Origin: an uncultured Bacteroidales bacterium
GTDB taxonomy: Bacteria; Bacteroidota; Bacteroidia; Bacteroidales; Muribaculaceae
Reading direction: 5' to 3'
NCBI GenBank assembly: GCA_947573135.1
Contig: CANPDU010000007.1
Coordinates: 24,855-88,854 of the forward strand
DNA: 64,000 nucleotides
How positions within the stretch are numbered: position 1 is the first letter of the stretch; each line of letters starts with the position of its first letter. Positions 21,601 to 31,822 of this stretch are shown in pieces. Under the pieces are notes generated by a model. That model did no database searches. It saw only the letters and a list, made by a program, of their open reading frames with translations, and had not been told where the DNA came from. The position numbers were made by a program, and so were the translations under genes.

Positions 21601-21765
21601 GTCAACAACTGTACCGGTTACTCTTGTGAAACCTGATTCACTTTTCACTTGTTGAGCTTCACTGGGAGAAGGTAACGCATAAGCGTTCCACGCGCCCGGT
21701 CCAAGCATCAACCCCATAGCCAAGCATATCTTAGGCAATGAGTTAGATAAAACAGTTTTTTTCAT
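18665..21765 (-). pseudogene. SusC/RagA TonB-dependent transporter, frameshifted at a G8 tract (21417-21424); possibly phase-variable or an assembly error
   Basis: ORF 21409-21765 (signal peptide and carboxypeptidase-like domain) ends ...NEGG-VK*. The other frame continues GKIVLEPSAENLNEVIVVGYGTQKKVNLTGAV into ORF 18665-21286 (plug ILKDAASASIYGSKASNGVILVTTK; C-terminal GIDLRF). Confidence 0.85.
21417..21424 (-). repeat. Poly-G8 homopolymer at the susC frameshift
   Basis: + strand ATTTTA-CCCCCCCC-TCG; G9 or G6 restores the frame, G7 gives TAA. Confidence 0.95.
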
Positions 21766-21927
21766 TAGATTTGTTAGTTATTTAATTATTAGGCTAATAG
21801 CCTGTTTTAGGTTTCCAATGATTTAAGGAACGTACCGCTAAATTACTCTTTTTTTAGATATGTCGACATATTTTTGAGAAAATTTTTTTAAAAATCTATA
21901 TGATCATCGTGCTATATAATAAATGAA

Positions 21928-21965
21928 AACGCCCATTGACCTGACTTGCAGGGCCAATGGGCGTT
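21928..21965 (-). terminator. Intrinsic terminator after the alpha-2-macroglobulin gene
   Basis: AACGCCCATTG...CAATGGGCGTT inverted repeat. Confidence 0.7.
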
Positions 21966-21983
21966 CATAAATATAATTGGGTT

Positions 21984-24900
21984 CTATTCGCAAAAAAGAC
22001 GGCTGCCGGCTGAGTGGGCGGTTATCGACGGAGCTAGCTGGCTTTGGACAGTCGCAATGCCGGTTGTGAATGTCCCGGCGACTGAAGCGGTCATGTCAAT
22101 CGTTATCTGATATGTTCCTTTATTGAGATAATCGATAAACAGGCGAGTCTCTGAGTCGCGGTTCTCACGGTAGAAACCTGCACCGGCACTCCATACCCAT
22201 CCGGGAAGCTGATCGACGGGTTCGAACGAAGCCGGACGCTCGTCGATGACTGTGACATACTCAAGATCGCGTTTTGCTTTTATGGTCAACAACACACGTA
22301 TCTGTTCGCCGAGACGCACTTCGTCGACATACTGCCAGCGTCCGTCGCGCAAAGCGGTGATGCGTTTTTCTATTGACAGATCGCTGCAGGAAGCGGCTTT
22401 GATCTCGGTCGACTGTCGGTTGAAACGTGAGATGACCGACCCGTAGGACGGAACTTCGCTGTTTCCTCGGACTATGTCAAGCTTTTTGCCGGCCGCATTT
22501 GCAGGGAGCGTCATCACGATGTGGCCTGTAGCCTGCTCGGCTCCTTCGATGGTCAGCTGACGTCCGCCGATCGAGACCGCTGTCTTGCTTTCGGTAGCGT
22601 CAAGCCAATTGGATCCGCATGATACGAATGCAGCGATCAGACGCGTTGGATCGACGCTGCCGAGACTTTCTGTGGTCTGCTGCCGGACGACGAGCCACTG
22701 CCGCATACCGTCGATGATCTTCGACTCGGGCATGAGGCGTGCGAACGCATACAGCAGATCTGCATAGTCATTTATATTGCCGGAAGAGGGGAAAGATGTG
22801 CCTTTATCAGGTGAATCTACAGCAAATTCGCTAAGCGAAGTCAGTATCTGACGTGCAACGGCCGGATACCCCTTGGCGGCGAGTATCAGAGCTTCGACAG
22901 ATTTGTGCCACGTGCTACTCTTCTTCCATGTGCCGATAATATCCTGAACGGTGGCGTTGACGATCTGAGTCCCGCGCAGACCGATTTTTACATCAGGGAA
23001 GAGTGTAGTGATGAACGTGAACGAACCTTCAATTTTAACATCTTTGGGTATCTCAGCTTCGCAGTAGGCTATTGCCCGTGTGATCATATTCTTCAGATCT
23101 TTGTCGTCAGGCATATAACCGATGGCGTTGAGGCGGCCGAGGTTCTGGAGCACAATGTTCGTGGCCCAGAATGAAGATTTGTCTCCCCACTCACCCCAGC
23201 TCCATCCGCCGTCGGCGCGCTGAAGTTTTTTCAGAGTCTCGATCGACGAGCTGATGGCTTTAGATGTGGCGTCCTTGTCGAAGAGCAATGAGAGCCGGGC
23301 CATGCGTTCGGTATCGGATGCGGCGGCTTGAACCCACGGCGTCGAGTTGAGAACGGCAGCTTTGAGTTCGTTGTTTTTCGACAGACGAGATGTCAGGGCG
23401 CCGGTTTCGGGATTTTCAGCCCATTCGTCGAGAACTTTTGCAAGAGCCGGATAAGTTTTGATCAGACCCGATGCTGTCGCGGCCGAGAACAGACGGTATG
23501 CTGCGCCGGTCGATGTCGACGGATTGGATGCCGCAAGTCCGGGCAATTCCTTGATGATATTCCAGGCGGGATTGGCCGTGTAGTCGAGAGTCGACTGCAT
23601 GTCATTACCTTTAGGTATTTTTACGCTGACTGATTCTTCGCCGGGATTGAGATAGAAGTTTTCACTTTCAATCACGTCGGAAGTTGACGGAACGATGGGA
23701 ATGAAGTCCTGTTCACCGTCGGTGAAGCGTCCGAGAGTCGAGCGTACACGATAACCTATTGCTGCGACATCGCCGGGGGCCGTGACCGATGCGGCGACTA
23801 TAGCCGAGGCTGACGCTGCAATGGTGTCGGATGAAGTGAATGTAGAGCGTACTTCTCCCGATGCAATATCAAAGATCTCGACTGTGCTTGTCACGACGGC
23901 GGCAGAGTCGCTGTTGTTATAGACTGTGGCAAGTACACGGGCCTCGTCGCCTACGCGGAGGAAGCGCGGCAGATTGGGCTGAACCATCACAGGCTTCGAC
24001 GCGATGAATTCGCGAACCATCTTCGTCGAGCGAAGATCGCCGGTCCATGCAAATGCATTGAACGACCATGTCGTATTGGCGTCTGGCACGGTGAAAGTCA
24101 GCAACGCCTCGCCATTCTTATCAAAGACGAGATCCGGCATCCAGAACGCCTGCAGCACTTCCCCGTCTCGGTATTCGAAATTCTCGGTTGTAATGTCGGC
24201 TGTGTCCATGTCAGAAGCTGATGTGTCTTCTTCCGGGTCCACTCCGGCTGCTTTAGATTCAGTGACATCGATGCTTCCTATCATCGACGCATTCTCCATA
24301 TACGCCTCATCTTCAGTGACAAGAATAGCAGACACCGAACCATTGGCTCTGGCTCTTGAGAGTGCTTTGAATTTATACTGTCGCAGATCCGATAAGTTAA
24401 TTGATGGGTTAAAACGAGGTGCGGACAAGAACACTTCTCGTAATCCTTTTATATCGGCACTGAATGTAATGAAATTCATTTGGGAATTTGTAATAGCAGA
24501 TAGTCTCTGATATGTCTTTTCCCGTGGAATAATAAAATCAGAAGGCAGATCATACGGTAGTAAAGCATTGAGAGCAGAGTTAAACATTGTCGCAATCATA
24601 GCGCCGGTCTGAGGACGGTTGGATTCGTCGACAAATTTTACTGTCCAGTTTTCTTTTGACCCCACAGTCAGACGGTCGCGCATTGACGAACATTCGAGAC
24701 TGACTTTGTTTTTGTGATCGATGTTAACCCGAAGCTGTTTTGATGTTTGAACGCCATTGCGGACAGTGAACAGATATACAGAGCCGTCCTCACGGTTGCC
24801 CGGTAAACGGAAGTCAATAGTGTGGAAACCGCGGTTTAAGCAATTGATATTTGTGGAAATAAGCCTATTGCGAGATGCAAATGCTTGATATACATATGTC

Positions 24901-27458
24901 GAATCATTGGCGACACCGAATTGCAGACTGAATTTTCCGTCAGGAGTAGCACTTATTTTATCATTAGTAATGAAAATTGCGTCATCAGTCGGGACTAAAT
25001 TTTTCTTCAGACTGTAGGTTGTGATATATGCAGCTTCTTTAACAGAGTCGGCAAGAGTTGAATCAACCGGAGCGACTGACACACACCATTTGCCGGCTGG
25101 AACATTTGCCAAATTGATTGATGAAAATTTATCTGTCGTGCAATTCCCTGATACAACCGCTTTGTCTTTATTGTGGTTCCCATCAGCAGGTGTAAGCCAC
25201 CAATGTATATCAATTGACACTTCTTTGCCCGAAGCATTGTATGCGGCAAAAGGATATTCAACATTTTGGTCTACATTAATGGGTTTATCGATGTCAGTAA
25301 AATCAATAGAATATGGCTTACCTAACGAGAACGAAACCGAAGACTTGCGCACTTCTCCGTCTGCCGAAGCTACTGAGATTTTAGCAATAAAACATTTGGT
25401 TTTAGATGATGCAGTTATAGAATCGCTGACGATGAAGTTAAATTCCCCTTTTGAATCGGTTGTGGCTGACAGATGTCCGATAACGCGGTCGGGAGAAAAC
25501 CACCGCCACCATGATGCTTCCCAGATCTCTGCTTCAACTTTGGCCCCGGCTACAGGCATTCCGGAGTAAGTTACGGCCTCAGAGATGAGTGTTACGTCTC
25601 CGGCCGCTGGTATATCACGTTTAACCTCAATTTCTTTGATCTTGAAAGTCGGCAATTTAAAATCTGAAACTTCGACAAATCTGTTGTTAAGGTATCTGCC
25701 ATCTGCTGTCGTGACTTCAATGCGGTAATAGCCTGTAAGTCCCTCCGTGGGTGTTATAAAACAACCGTTTACACGTCCGTTCGAATTTGTTTTTGCTGTT
25801 AAACTGTCAACCAGCTGACTATTGGTGTCGTAAAATTTGATATGTAAATTCTCATTCGGTTGTGGACGAGGCTCGGCATTTGCAAAATATACTATTGCGG
25901 CCCATCGCACAGAGTCTCCAGGATGATAGATCATTCTATCGGACATGATTTTCGCGTTGTAGTATGAATATGACTCGCTTGGCAAAGTTCTTATGTGGTT
26001 ATTGAAGAAGTTGAAAGTCTGATTGTTGCAGGTGATATCAAAAGATGTCTTCATCCAGGTAAACTTTCCAAGCAAACTCTCTGGTGTATCTGGAATAAAG
26101 GAAACAATACCGTTTTTATCGGTAGTCCCGATTGTTTGTTTAATCGTTTCTACATTTCTGGTTATAGATGCGCCCTTAATTGGTGCCCCGCTTTCATAAT
26201 CCACAACTGTAATCAAGTTATCGGCTGTCTGCTCGACAAGAGTAGGGATAAACGACATACATCTGATATACTGGGCGTAATATTTTGAGAATTTTCCGTT
26301 TACAACTGGTACTATTACATAATATCCTGATTTACCGATAGTAGCGCTTATAATTGTGTCAGCAGAGGCAGTCTGAGGATCTGTAATAAAGGATACAGAC
26401 TGTATTTCAGTCGCAGATGATGTATTGAAATTAGATTTTTCAAACGTCTTGGCGTTAATCTGATATATTTTGTATCCGGCGTTTTTAGTATATGAATAAT
26501 TGACTGTTATATCAAATTTTACTCCAGGAGCAATTATAGATTTGGATTTTACACCAACTTCAGCAAGAGTGAGTCGTCCGAGTATATTTTTAAGTGTGTT
26601 AATGTCCCAATAGTTTGGAAAGCGGTCAATAAAGCTTTTTAGTGCTGGAATTGCCCATTCCGGGGCATTATTTTTATAGTATGCGTCCAGGCAGTTGGCA
26701 AGTAGATAACCTGCTGCTTCTTTGTCACTGTTTTTGAGATAGTATTTGCCTCTCTCTTGGATAACATTTTCTGAAGTCAGAGTTAATTTTTTATCAAACC
26801 AGTAAAATTCTGCATCTGAGTCAGGCCTGCTTTGTGACATCATGGTCTCCACTATTGGTAACAGAAATTGTTTGCGTCCATCCATCGCAGGCAGATTATA
26901 TGCTCGTGATGCAATAAATGATAGAACTGTCGGGAAGAATCGAAGAGACAAACGGTCGGCTTTAATTATCGAAGCATATTCTGTTAGGTCTGCTTTGGGT
27001 GAGTTTAAGGCCAAGTTAAAAGCATTGGCTAATTCTGCGTGAATCTGAGTGCAGAACTGGCGGCCGTTCCATTCGGTGATGTCGGCCGGAAGCGGTTCGT
27101 CGGGCGTTTCCGTCCGGTCATATTTCCAGCTGTTAGCACTATAAATTGAATTTATAAGTTCGGCTTTGACCGTCATCATCAGTGCTTTGTCCGCACCGTC
27201 GGGCATAGCGTCAATGGCGCGGTCTACGCGCGGCAGAACACTCGGAACGCTGTCCGTATCAATTGCAGCTGTCGCTCCGGTGATCTGCAAAATACTGCCG
27301 ATCAGCTTCTGACCGTCACGTGACGGATTTTTCATCGCCTGGCCATATTCCTTTATTGCATTTGTGAGCGACGTTTTGGGATAGGCAAAATCAGGTTCGG
27401 CGGCCATTATGTTGACCGACGCGAGAATAGCAATCAGCAGAACTGCGATTTGTTTCAT
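21984..27458 (-). CDS. Bacterial alpha-2-macroglobulin family protein (1824 aa, no CxEQ)
   Basis: Signal peptide; DRMIYHPGD (MG2), FWMPDL...TVPDANTTW, VQPNLPRFLRVGD, QRADGGWSW, YVTVIDERPASFEP. Confidence 0.92.
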   Translation of the reverse strand: MKQIAVLLIAILASVNIMAAEPDFAYPKTSLTNAIKEYGQAMKNPSRDGQKLIGSILQITGATAAIDTDSVPSVLPRVDRAIDAMPDGADKALMMTVKAELINSIYSANSWKYDRTETPDEPLPADITEWNGRQFCTQIHAELANAFNLALNSPKADLTEYASIIKADRLSLRFFPTVLSFIASRAYNLPAMDGRKQFLLPIVETMMSQSRPDSDAEFYWFDKKLTLTSENVIQERGKYYLKNSDKEAAGYLLANCLDAYYKNNAPEWAIPALKSFIDRFPNYWDINTLKNILGRLTLAEVGVKSKSIIAPGVKFDITVNYSYTKNAGYKIYQINAKTFEKSNFNTSSATEIQSVSFITDPQTASADTIISATIGKSGYYVIVPVVNGKFSKYYAQYIRCMSFIPTLVEQTADNLITVVDYESGAPIKGASITRNVETIKQTIGTTDKNGIVSFIPDTPESLLGKFTWMKTSFDITCNNQTFNFFNNHIRTLPSESYSYYNAKIMSDRMIYHPGDSVRWAAIVYFANAEPRPQPNENLHIKFYDTNSQLVDSLTAKTNSNGRVNGCFITPTEGLTGYYRIEVTTADGRYLNNRFVEVSDFKLPTFKIKEIEVKRDIPAAGDVTLISEAVTYSGMPVAGAKVEAEIWEASWWRWFSPDRVIGHLSATTDSKGEFNFIVSDSITASSKTKCFIAKISVASADGEVRKSSVSFSLGKPYSIDFTDIDKPINVDQNVEYPFAAYNASGKEVSIDIHWWLTPADGNHNKDKAVVSGNCTTDKFSSINLANVPAGKWCVSVAPVDSTLADSVKEAAYITTYSLKKNLVPTDDAIFITNDKISATPDGKFSLQFGVANDSTYVYQAFASRNRLISTNINCLNRGFHTIDFRLPGNREDGSVYLFTVRNGVQTSKQLRVNIDHKNKVSLECSSMRDRLTVGSKENWTVKFVDESNRPQTGAMIATMFNSALNALLPYDLPSDFIIPREKTYQRLSAITNSQMNFITFSADIKGLREVFLSAPRFNPSINLSDLRQYKFKALSRARANGSVSAILVTEDEAYMENASMIGSIDVTESKAAGVDPEEDTSASDMDTADITTENFEYRDGEVLQAFWMPDLVFDKNGEALLTFTVPDANTTWSFNAFAWTGDLRSTKMVREFIASKPVMVQPNLPRFLRVGDEARVLATVYNNSDSAAVVTSTVEIFDIASGEVRSTFTSSDTIAASASAIVAASVTAPGDVAAIGYRVRSTLGRFTDGEQDFIPIVPSTSDVIESENFYLNPGEESVSVKIPKGNDMQSTLDYTANPAWNIIKELPGLAASNPSTSTGAAYRLFSAATASGLIKTYPALAKVLDEWAENPETGALTSRLSKNNELKAAVLNSTPWVQAAASDTERMARLSLLFDKDATSKAISSSIETLKKLQRADGGWSWGEWGDKSSFWATNIVLQNLGRLNAIGYMPDDKDLKNMITRAIAYCEAEIPKDVKIEGSFTFITTLFPDVKIGLRGTQIVNATVQDIIGTWKKSSTWHKSVEALILAAKGYPAVARQILTSLSEFAVDSPDKGTSFPSSGNINDYADLLYAFARLMPESKIIDGMRQWLVVRQQTTESLGSVDPTRLIAAFVSCGSNWLDATESKTAVSIGGRQLTIEGAEQATGHIVMTLPANAAGKKLDIVRGNSEVPSYGSVISRFNRQSTEIKAASCSDLSIEKRITALRDGRWQYVDEVRLGEQIRVLLTIKAKRDLEYVTVIDERPASFEPVDQLPGWVWSAGAGFYRENRDSETRLFIDYLNKGTYQITIDMTASVAGTFTTGIATVQSQLAPSITAHSAGSRLFCE

Positions 27459-27483
27459 AATGCGAAATTATTTAGATATATAA

Positions 27484-27526
27484 AATAAGGTCTCCAAGAC
27501 CCGTTGTAAATCTTAGAGACCTTATT
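27484..27526 (-). terminator. Intrinsic terminator after fumarate hydratase
   Basis: AATAAGGTCTC...GAGACCTTATT 11-bp stem. Confidence 0.7.
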
Positions 27527-27546
27527 ATAGAAATGGTTTAAACGAC

Positions 27547-29196
27547 TTATTTGTTCAGGCCACAAGATTTACATTTTTCAGAGATCTCGGTGAAGAAGTC
27601 GTTGCCTTTGTCGTCGACAAGGATGAATGCTGGGAAGTCCTCGACCTCGATCTTCCAGATGGCTTCCATGCCGAGTTCGGGGTATTCGAGAAGCTCGACT
27701 TTCTTGATGGAGTTCTGAGCGAGGACGGCAGCCGGTCCGCCGATTGATCCGAGGTAGAAGCCGCCGTGTTTGTGACAGGCGTCGGTCACCTGTTTAGAGC
27801 GGTTGCCTTTCGCGATCATGACCATTGATCCGCCGGCGCTCTGGAACTGGTCGACATAGCTGTCCATACGTCCTGCGGTTGTCGGACCGAACGATCCAGA
27901 CGGCATGCCGGCCGGAGTCTTGGCGGGACCTGCATAATAGATGGGGTGATCTTTGAGATACTGAGGCATTTCTTCGCCGCGGTCAAGACGCTCTTTGATT
28001 TTGGCGTGGGCAATATCGCGGCCTACGATGATTGTGCCGTTGAGTGACAGACGGGTAGAGACGGGATATTTCGACAGCTCGGCGAGTATTTCGGGCATCG
28101 GACGGTTGAGGTCGATTTTCACAACCTTGCCTTCGCCCTGTTTGCGATATTCTTCAGGAATAAGTTCGCCGGGATTGGTGTCGAGTTTTTCGATCCAGAG
28201 ACCCTCGCGGTTGATCTTGGCCTTGACATTGCGGTCGGCGGAGCAGCTCACGCCGAGTCCGACGGGGCATGAAGCGCCGTGACGCGGAAGACGGATCACA
28301 CGGATGTCGTGAGCGAAATATTTGCCTCCGAACTGTGCGCCGAGACCGAGTCCTTCAGCTGCTTTCTTGAGCTGAGCCTCGAGTTCGATATCACGGAAGG
28401 CATGACCGAGTTCGTTGCCTTTTGTAGGCAGAGAATCGTAGTATTTGACTGACGCTTTCTTGACTGTTTCAAGATTTTTTTCGGCTGAAGTGCCGCCGAT
28501 GACAAATGCGATGTGGTAGGGAGGACAAGCTGCAGTGCCGAGTGATTTCATCTTCTCGACGAGGAAGGGCAGGAGTGTCTTGGGATTGATCAGAGCCTTT
28601 GTCTCCTGATAAAGATATGTTTTGTTGGCCGAACCGCCGCCTTTGGCAACAAAAAGGAAGTGATATTCGTCGCCCTCGGTTGCGTGGATGTCGATCTGAG
28701 CAGGCAGATTGCAGCCGGTGTTGACTTCGTCATACATCGTGAGCGGAGCATTCTGGCTGTAACGAAGATTGTCGGTGGTATAGGTGAGGTAGACACCCTC
28801 GGAAATACGTTCTTCGTCATTAGCGCCGGTGTAGACACGCTGGCCTTTTTCGGCGTGGCAGATGGCTGTGCCGGTGTCCTGGCAGAAAGGAAGCTGACCT
28901 TTGGCTGCAACCTCAGCATTACGGAGCATGGTCAGAGCCACGAACTTGTCGTTTTCGCTTGCCTCGGGATCGCTGAGTATCTTTGCGACCATGGCGTTGT
29001 GCTCGCGGCGGAGCATAAAGGCGTTGTCGTGGGTTGCCTGACGGGCAAGGACAGTAAGAGCCTGCGGATCAACGACGAGAAATTCGTGTCCGCCCCAGTT
29101 TTCAACTTTCACATAGTCAGAGGTGAGATGATAGTATTCGGTCGTGTCGGGGCCGAGCGGGAACATCTCTTGATATTTGAACGGTTTTGTTGCCAT
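27547..29196 (-). CDS. Class I (Fe-S) fumarate hydratase
   Basis: [41 protein letters not shown]. Confidence 0.96.
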   Translation of the reverse strand: MATKPFKYQEMFPLGPDTTEYYHLTSDYVKVENWGGHEFLVVDPQALTVLARQATHDNAFMLRREHNAMVAKILSDPEASENDKFVALTMLRNAEVAAKGQLPFCQDTGTAICHAEKGQRVYTGANDEERISEGVYLTYTTDNLRYSQNAPLTMYDEVNTGCNLPAQIDIHATEGDEYHFLFVAKGGGSANKTYLYQETKALINPKTLLPFLVEKMKSLGTAACPPYHIAFVIGGTSAEKNLETVKKASVKYYDSLPTKGNELGHAFRDIELEAQLKKAAEGLGLGAQFGGKYFAHDIRVIRLPRHGASCPVGLGVSCSADRNVKAKINREGLWIEKLDTNPGELIPEEYRKQGEGKVVKIDLNRPMPEILAELSKYPVSTRLSLNGTIIVGRDIAHAKIKERLDRGEEMPQYLKDHPIYYAGPAKTPAGMPSGSFGPTTAGRMDSYVDQFQSAGGSMVMIAKGNRSKQVTDACHKHGGFYLGSIGGPAAVLAQNSIKKVELLEYPELGMEAIWKIEVEDFPAFILVDDKGNDFFTEISEKCKSCGLNK

Positions 29197-29244
29197 ATCT
29201 TTTGATAATTATGCGGTAAATTAATGTGTCTGATGTATTTTCCG

Positions 29245-29252
29245 CAAAGTTA
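29245..29252 (-). promoter_or_regulatory. -7 element (TAACTTTG) for fumarase
   Basis: CAAAGTTA on + strand ~50 bp upstream of the ATG. Confidence 0.55.
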
Positions 29253-29318
29253 ATCAAAAAAGCGATTGGTGTCAACGTCCCCGCTCAAATTTATCTTTAT
29301 TGCCGAATCAGTTCTTGA

Positions 29319-29573
29319 TTATTCTTCAGGCAGAATCTTTATGTTACCTCCGGCGTTCACGCGATAGCGCGCCGATGTGTGATCTGCAAGGTTTGTCACG
29401 CTGAATACATAGTCTTCGATGTTCACGTTTCTACGTTCCGAACTGTCATAGGCGCTATGGATAGCTTCTTCTATATTATGGAAACCTGAACCTTCGTATG
29501 TGTCTATCTTCTTTCCGTCGAAATAAAATTCTACGAGCACATCGTCAATCGGATATATGCGGTTTGTTGTCAT
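29319..29573 (-). CDS. Small hypothetical protein (84 aa)
   Basis: Fills the intergenic space, protein-like composition, AT-rich leader; no family recognised. Confidence 0.7.
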   Translation of the reverse strand: MTTNRIYPIDDVLVEFYFDGKKIDTYEGSGFHNIEEAIHSAYDSSERRNVNIEDYVFSVTNLADHTSARYRVNAGGNIKILPEE

Positions 29574-29684
29574 AGCTATTGATTTTTTCTCTTATAACAA
29601 ATTATTCGGGCAAAAGTCAGGCGCCGGTCCTCATATTTTTCCCGATATTGTGTGCAAAATATATTTACAATGTATGCGATAAAA

Positions 29685-29716
29685 TTTGTCAATACTGAAT
29701 TATTTCCGTAATTTTG
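29685..29716 (+). promoter_or_regulatory. Canonical promoter TTTG-N20-TAATTTTG for serC-serA
   Basis: TTTG 29685-29688, TAATTTTG 29709-29716. Confidence 0.7.
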
Positions 29717-29744
29717 CCTCAATTCAAACCAACTTACAGTTTTT

Positions 29745-30815
29745 ATGAAGAAACATAATTTTTATGCGGGACCGTCGATACTCAGCGAGTACACGATTAA
29801 AAACACCGCCAATGCCATCATTGATTTTGCCAATACGGGTCTATCGGTGCTTGAGATATCACACCGCAGCAAGGAATTTCAGGCTGTCATTGACGAGGCT
29901 ACAGCCTTAGTCAAGGAACTGCTTGAAGTGCCCGAAGGATATAGTGTTCTATGGCTCGGAGGCGGAGCGTCGATGCAGTTCTGCATGCTGCCGTTTAACC
30001 TTCTGAAAACCAAAGCATCGTATCTCGACACGGGAACATGGGCATCAAATGCGATTAAGGAGGCCCGTCTGTTTGGAGAAGTGGATGTCGTAGCTTCGTC
30101 GAAAGACGCCAACTATACGTTTATTCCCAAAGGATATGAAATACCTGCCGACTCGGATTATTTCCACTTCACAAGCAACAATACTATCTATGGTACGGAA
30201 ATGCGCTTCGATCCGGACGCTCCCTGCCGTCTGGTGGCTGATATGAGCTCAGATATATTCTCTCGTCCTGTAGATATTGCAAAATATGATGCCATCTATG
30301 CCGGAGCCCAGAAGAACCTCGCTCCTGCTGGCGTGACACTCGTGATTGTCCGCGATGACGCTCTCGGCCATGTCGACCGTCAGATACCGACTATGCTTGA
30401 CTACCGCACACATGTCAAGAAAGGATCAATGTTCAACACTCCGCCTGTGCTGCCGATCTTCGCAGCTCTTCAGACATTGCGCTATTACAAGATGATGGGC
30501 GGCATTAAGGAGCTTGAGCGCCGCGACATTGAAAAGGCAAATCTGCTGTATGACGCGATCGATTCGAGCCGCATGTTCGAAGGCACCGTGACTGACACTG
30601 CCGACCGTTCGATCATGAATGTATGCTTCGTGATGACTCCCGATTATAAGGAGCTTGAAAAAGACTTTATCGACTTTGCATCGGCCCGCGGCATCGTAGG
30701 TATCAAGGGTCACCGTTCGGTCGGTGGTTTCCGTGCTTCGCTTTACAATGCGCTGCCTATTGACAGCGTGCGTGTGCTTGTCGAGGCTATGAAAGATTTT
30801 GAAGCAACCCGATAA
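29745..30815 (+). CDS. serC: Phosphoserine aminotransferase
   Basis: [29 protein letters not shown] (PLP Lys), [15 protein letters not shown]. Confidence 0.97.
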   Translation: MKKHNFYAGPSILSEYTIKNTANAIIDFANTGLSVLEISHRSKEFQAVIDEATALVKELLEVPEGYSVLWLGGGASMQFCMLPFNLLKTKASYLDTGTWASNAIKEARLFGEVDVVASSKDANYTFIPKGYEIPADSDYFHFTSNNTIYGTEMRFDPDAPCRLVADMSSDIFSRPVDIAKYDAIYAGAQKNLAPAGVTLVIVRDDALGHVDRQIPTMLDYRTHVKKGSMFNTPPVLPIFAALQTLRYYKMMGGIKELERRDIEKANLLYDAIDSSRMFEGTVTDTADRSIMNVCFVMTPDYKELEKDFIDFASARGIVGIKGHRSVGGFRASLYNALPIDSVRVLVEAMKDFEATR

Positions 30816-30827
30816 ACCGCAGTCACT

Positions 30828-31751
30828 ATGACAAAGGTACTTGTAGCAACAGAAAAACCGTTTGCGGCTGTCGCCGTTGACGGAATACGTAAAGTCGTCG
30901 AGGATGCCGGTTTCGAACTCGCACTTCTCGAAAAGTACACATCGCGCGACGAACTGCTTAAAGCGGTCGCCGATGCTGACGCTCTGATCATACGCAGCGA
31001 CAAGGTCGGTGAAGATGTGTTTACTGCTGCTCCCTCGCTTAAAATCGTCGTCCGTGCCGGCGCCGGCTATGATAATGTTGATCTTGCCGCCGCAACCGCT
31101 CACGGTGTCGTTGTAGAAAATACTCCCGGCCAGAATTCAAATGCCGTGGCCGAACTTGCTCTCGGTATGATGGTTATGGCAGCGCGTAACAGCTATGACG
31201 GAACTTCGGGTTCGGAGCTTATGGGCAAATCGCTCGGCATTCAGGCTTTCGGTCAGGTCGGCCGTAATGTGGCCCGCATTGCCAAAGGATTCGGAATGAA
31301 AGTTTCGGCTGTCGATCCGTACTGTCCGGCAGAAGTGATCAAGGACGCCGGTGTGGAAGTGTGTGGTTCTGTCGCAGATCTTTATAAGAACAACCGCTAT
31401 GTTTCGGTCAATATTCCGGCCACGCCCGAGACTGTGAAATCGATAGGTTACGATCTGCTGATGTCTATGCCCAGTAACGGCGTTGTCGTCAATACAGCCC
31501 GTAAAGAAGTCATAGACGAAGAAGGCCTTGCCAAGGCTCTCGACGAACGTGCTGATCTTAAATATTTCGCTGATGTCAAACCCGACAACGCCGACGATCT
31601 TAAAGCCCGTTTCGGCAATCGTGTGTTCTTCACCCCTAAAAAGATGGGCGCACAGACATCGGAAGCTAATATCAACGCCGGTATTGCCGCCGCACGTCAG
31701 ATAGTGGCATATTTCAAAGAAGGCTGCGAACGCTTCAGAGTCAATCGCTGA
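30828..31751 (+). CDS. serA: D-3-phosphoglycerate dehydrogenase, short type III form with active-site Lys
   Basis: VRAGAGYDNVD, NTPGQNSNAVAEL, NTARKEV, TPKKMGAQT; follows serC. Confidence 0.88.
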   Translation: MTKVLVATEKPFAAVAVDGIRKVVEDAGFELALLEKYTSRDELLKAVADADALIIRSDKVGEDVFTAAPSLKIVVRAGAGYDNVDLAAATAHGVVVENTPGQNSNAVAELALGMMVMAARNSYDGTSGSELMGKSLGIQAFGQVGRNVARIAKGFGMKVSAVDPYCPAEVIKDAGVEVCGSVADLYKNNRYVSVNIPATPETVKSIGYDLLMSMPSNGVVVNTARKEVIDEEGLAKALDERADLKYFADVKPDNADDLKARFGNRVFFTPKKMGAQTSEANINAGIAAARQIVAYFKEGCERFRVNR

Positions 31752-31766
31752 TCAACAAACACTTAT

Positions 31767-31813
31767 CATATACGTCAAGGAGCGACCGTTTTGGCCGCTC
31801 CTTGACGTATATG
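31767..31813. terminator. Long bidirectional hairpin between convergent serA and DUF4252 genes
   Basis: 18-bp perfect arms CATATACGTCAAGGAGCG / CGCTCCTTGACGTATATG. Confidence 0.7.
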
Positions 31814-31822
31814 CCTGTCTGA

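Noticed and set aside
23710-23721. DGEQ in the macroglobulin as a mutated CGEQ thioester
   Set aside because: It lies at the end of an MG domain before the CUB-like segment, not at the thioester-domain position.
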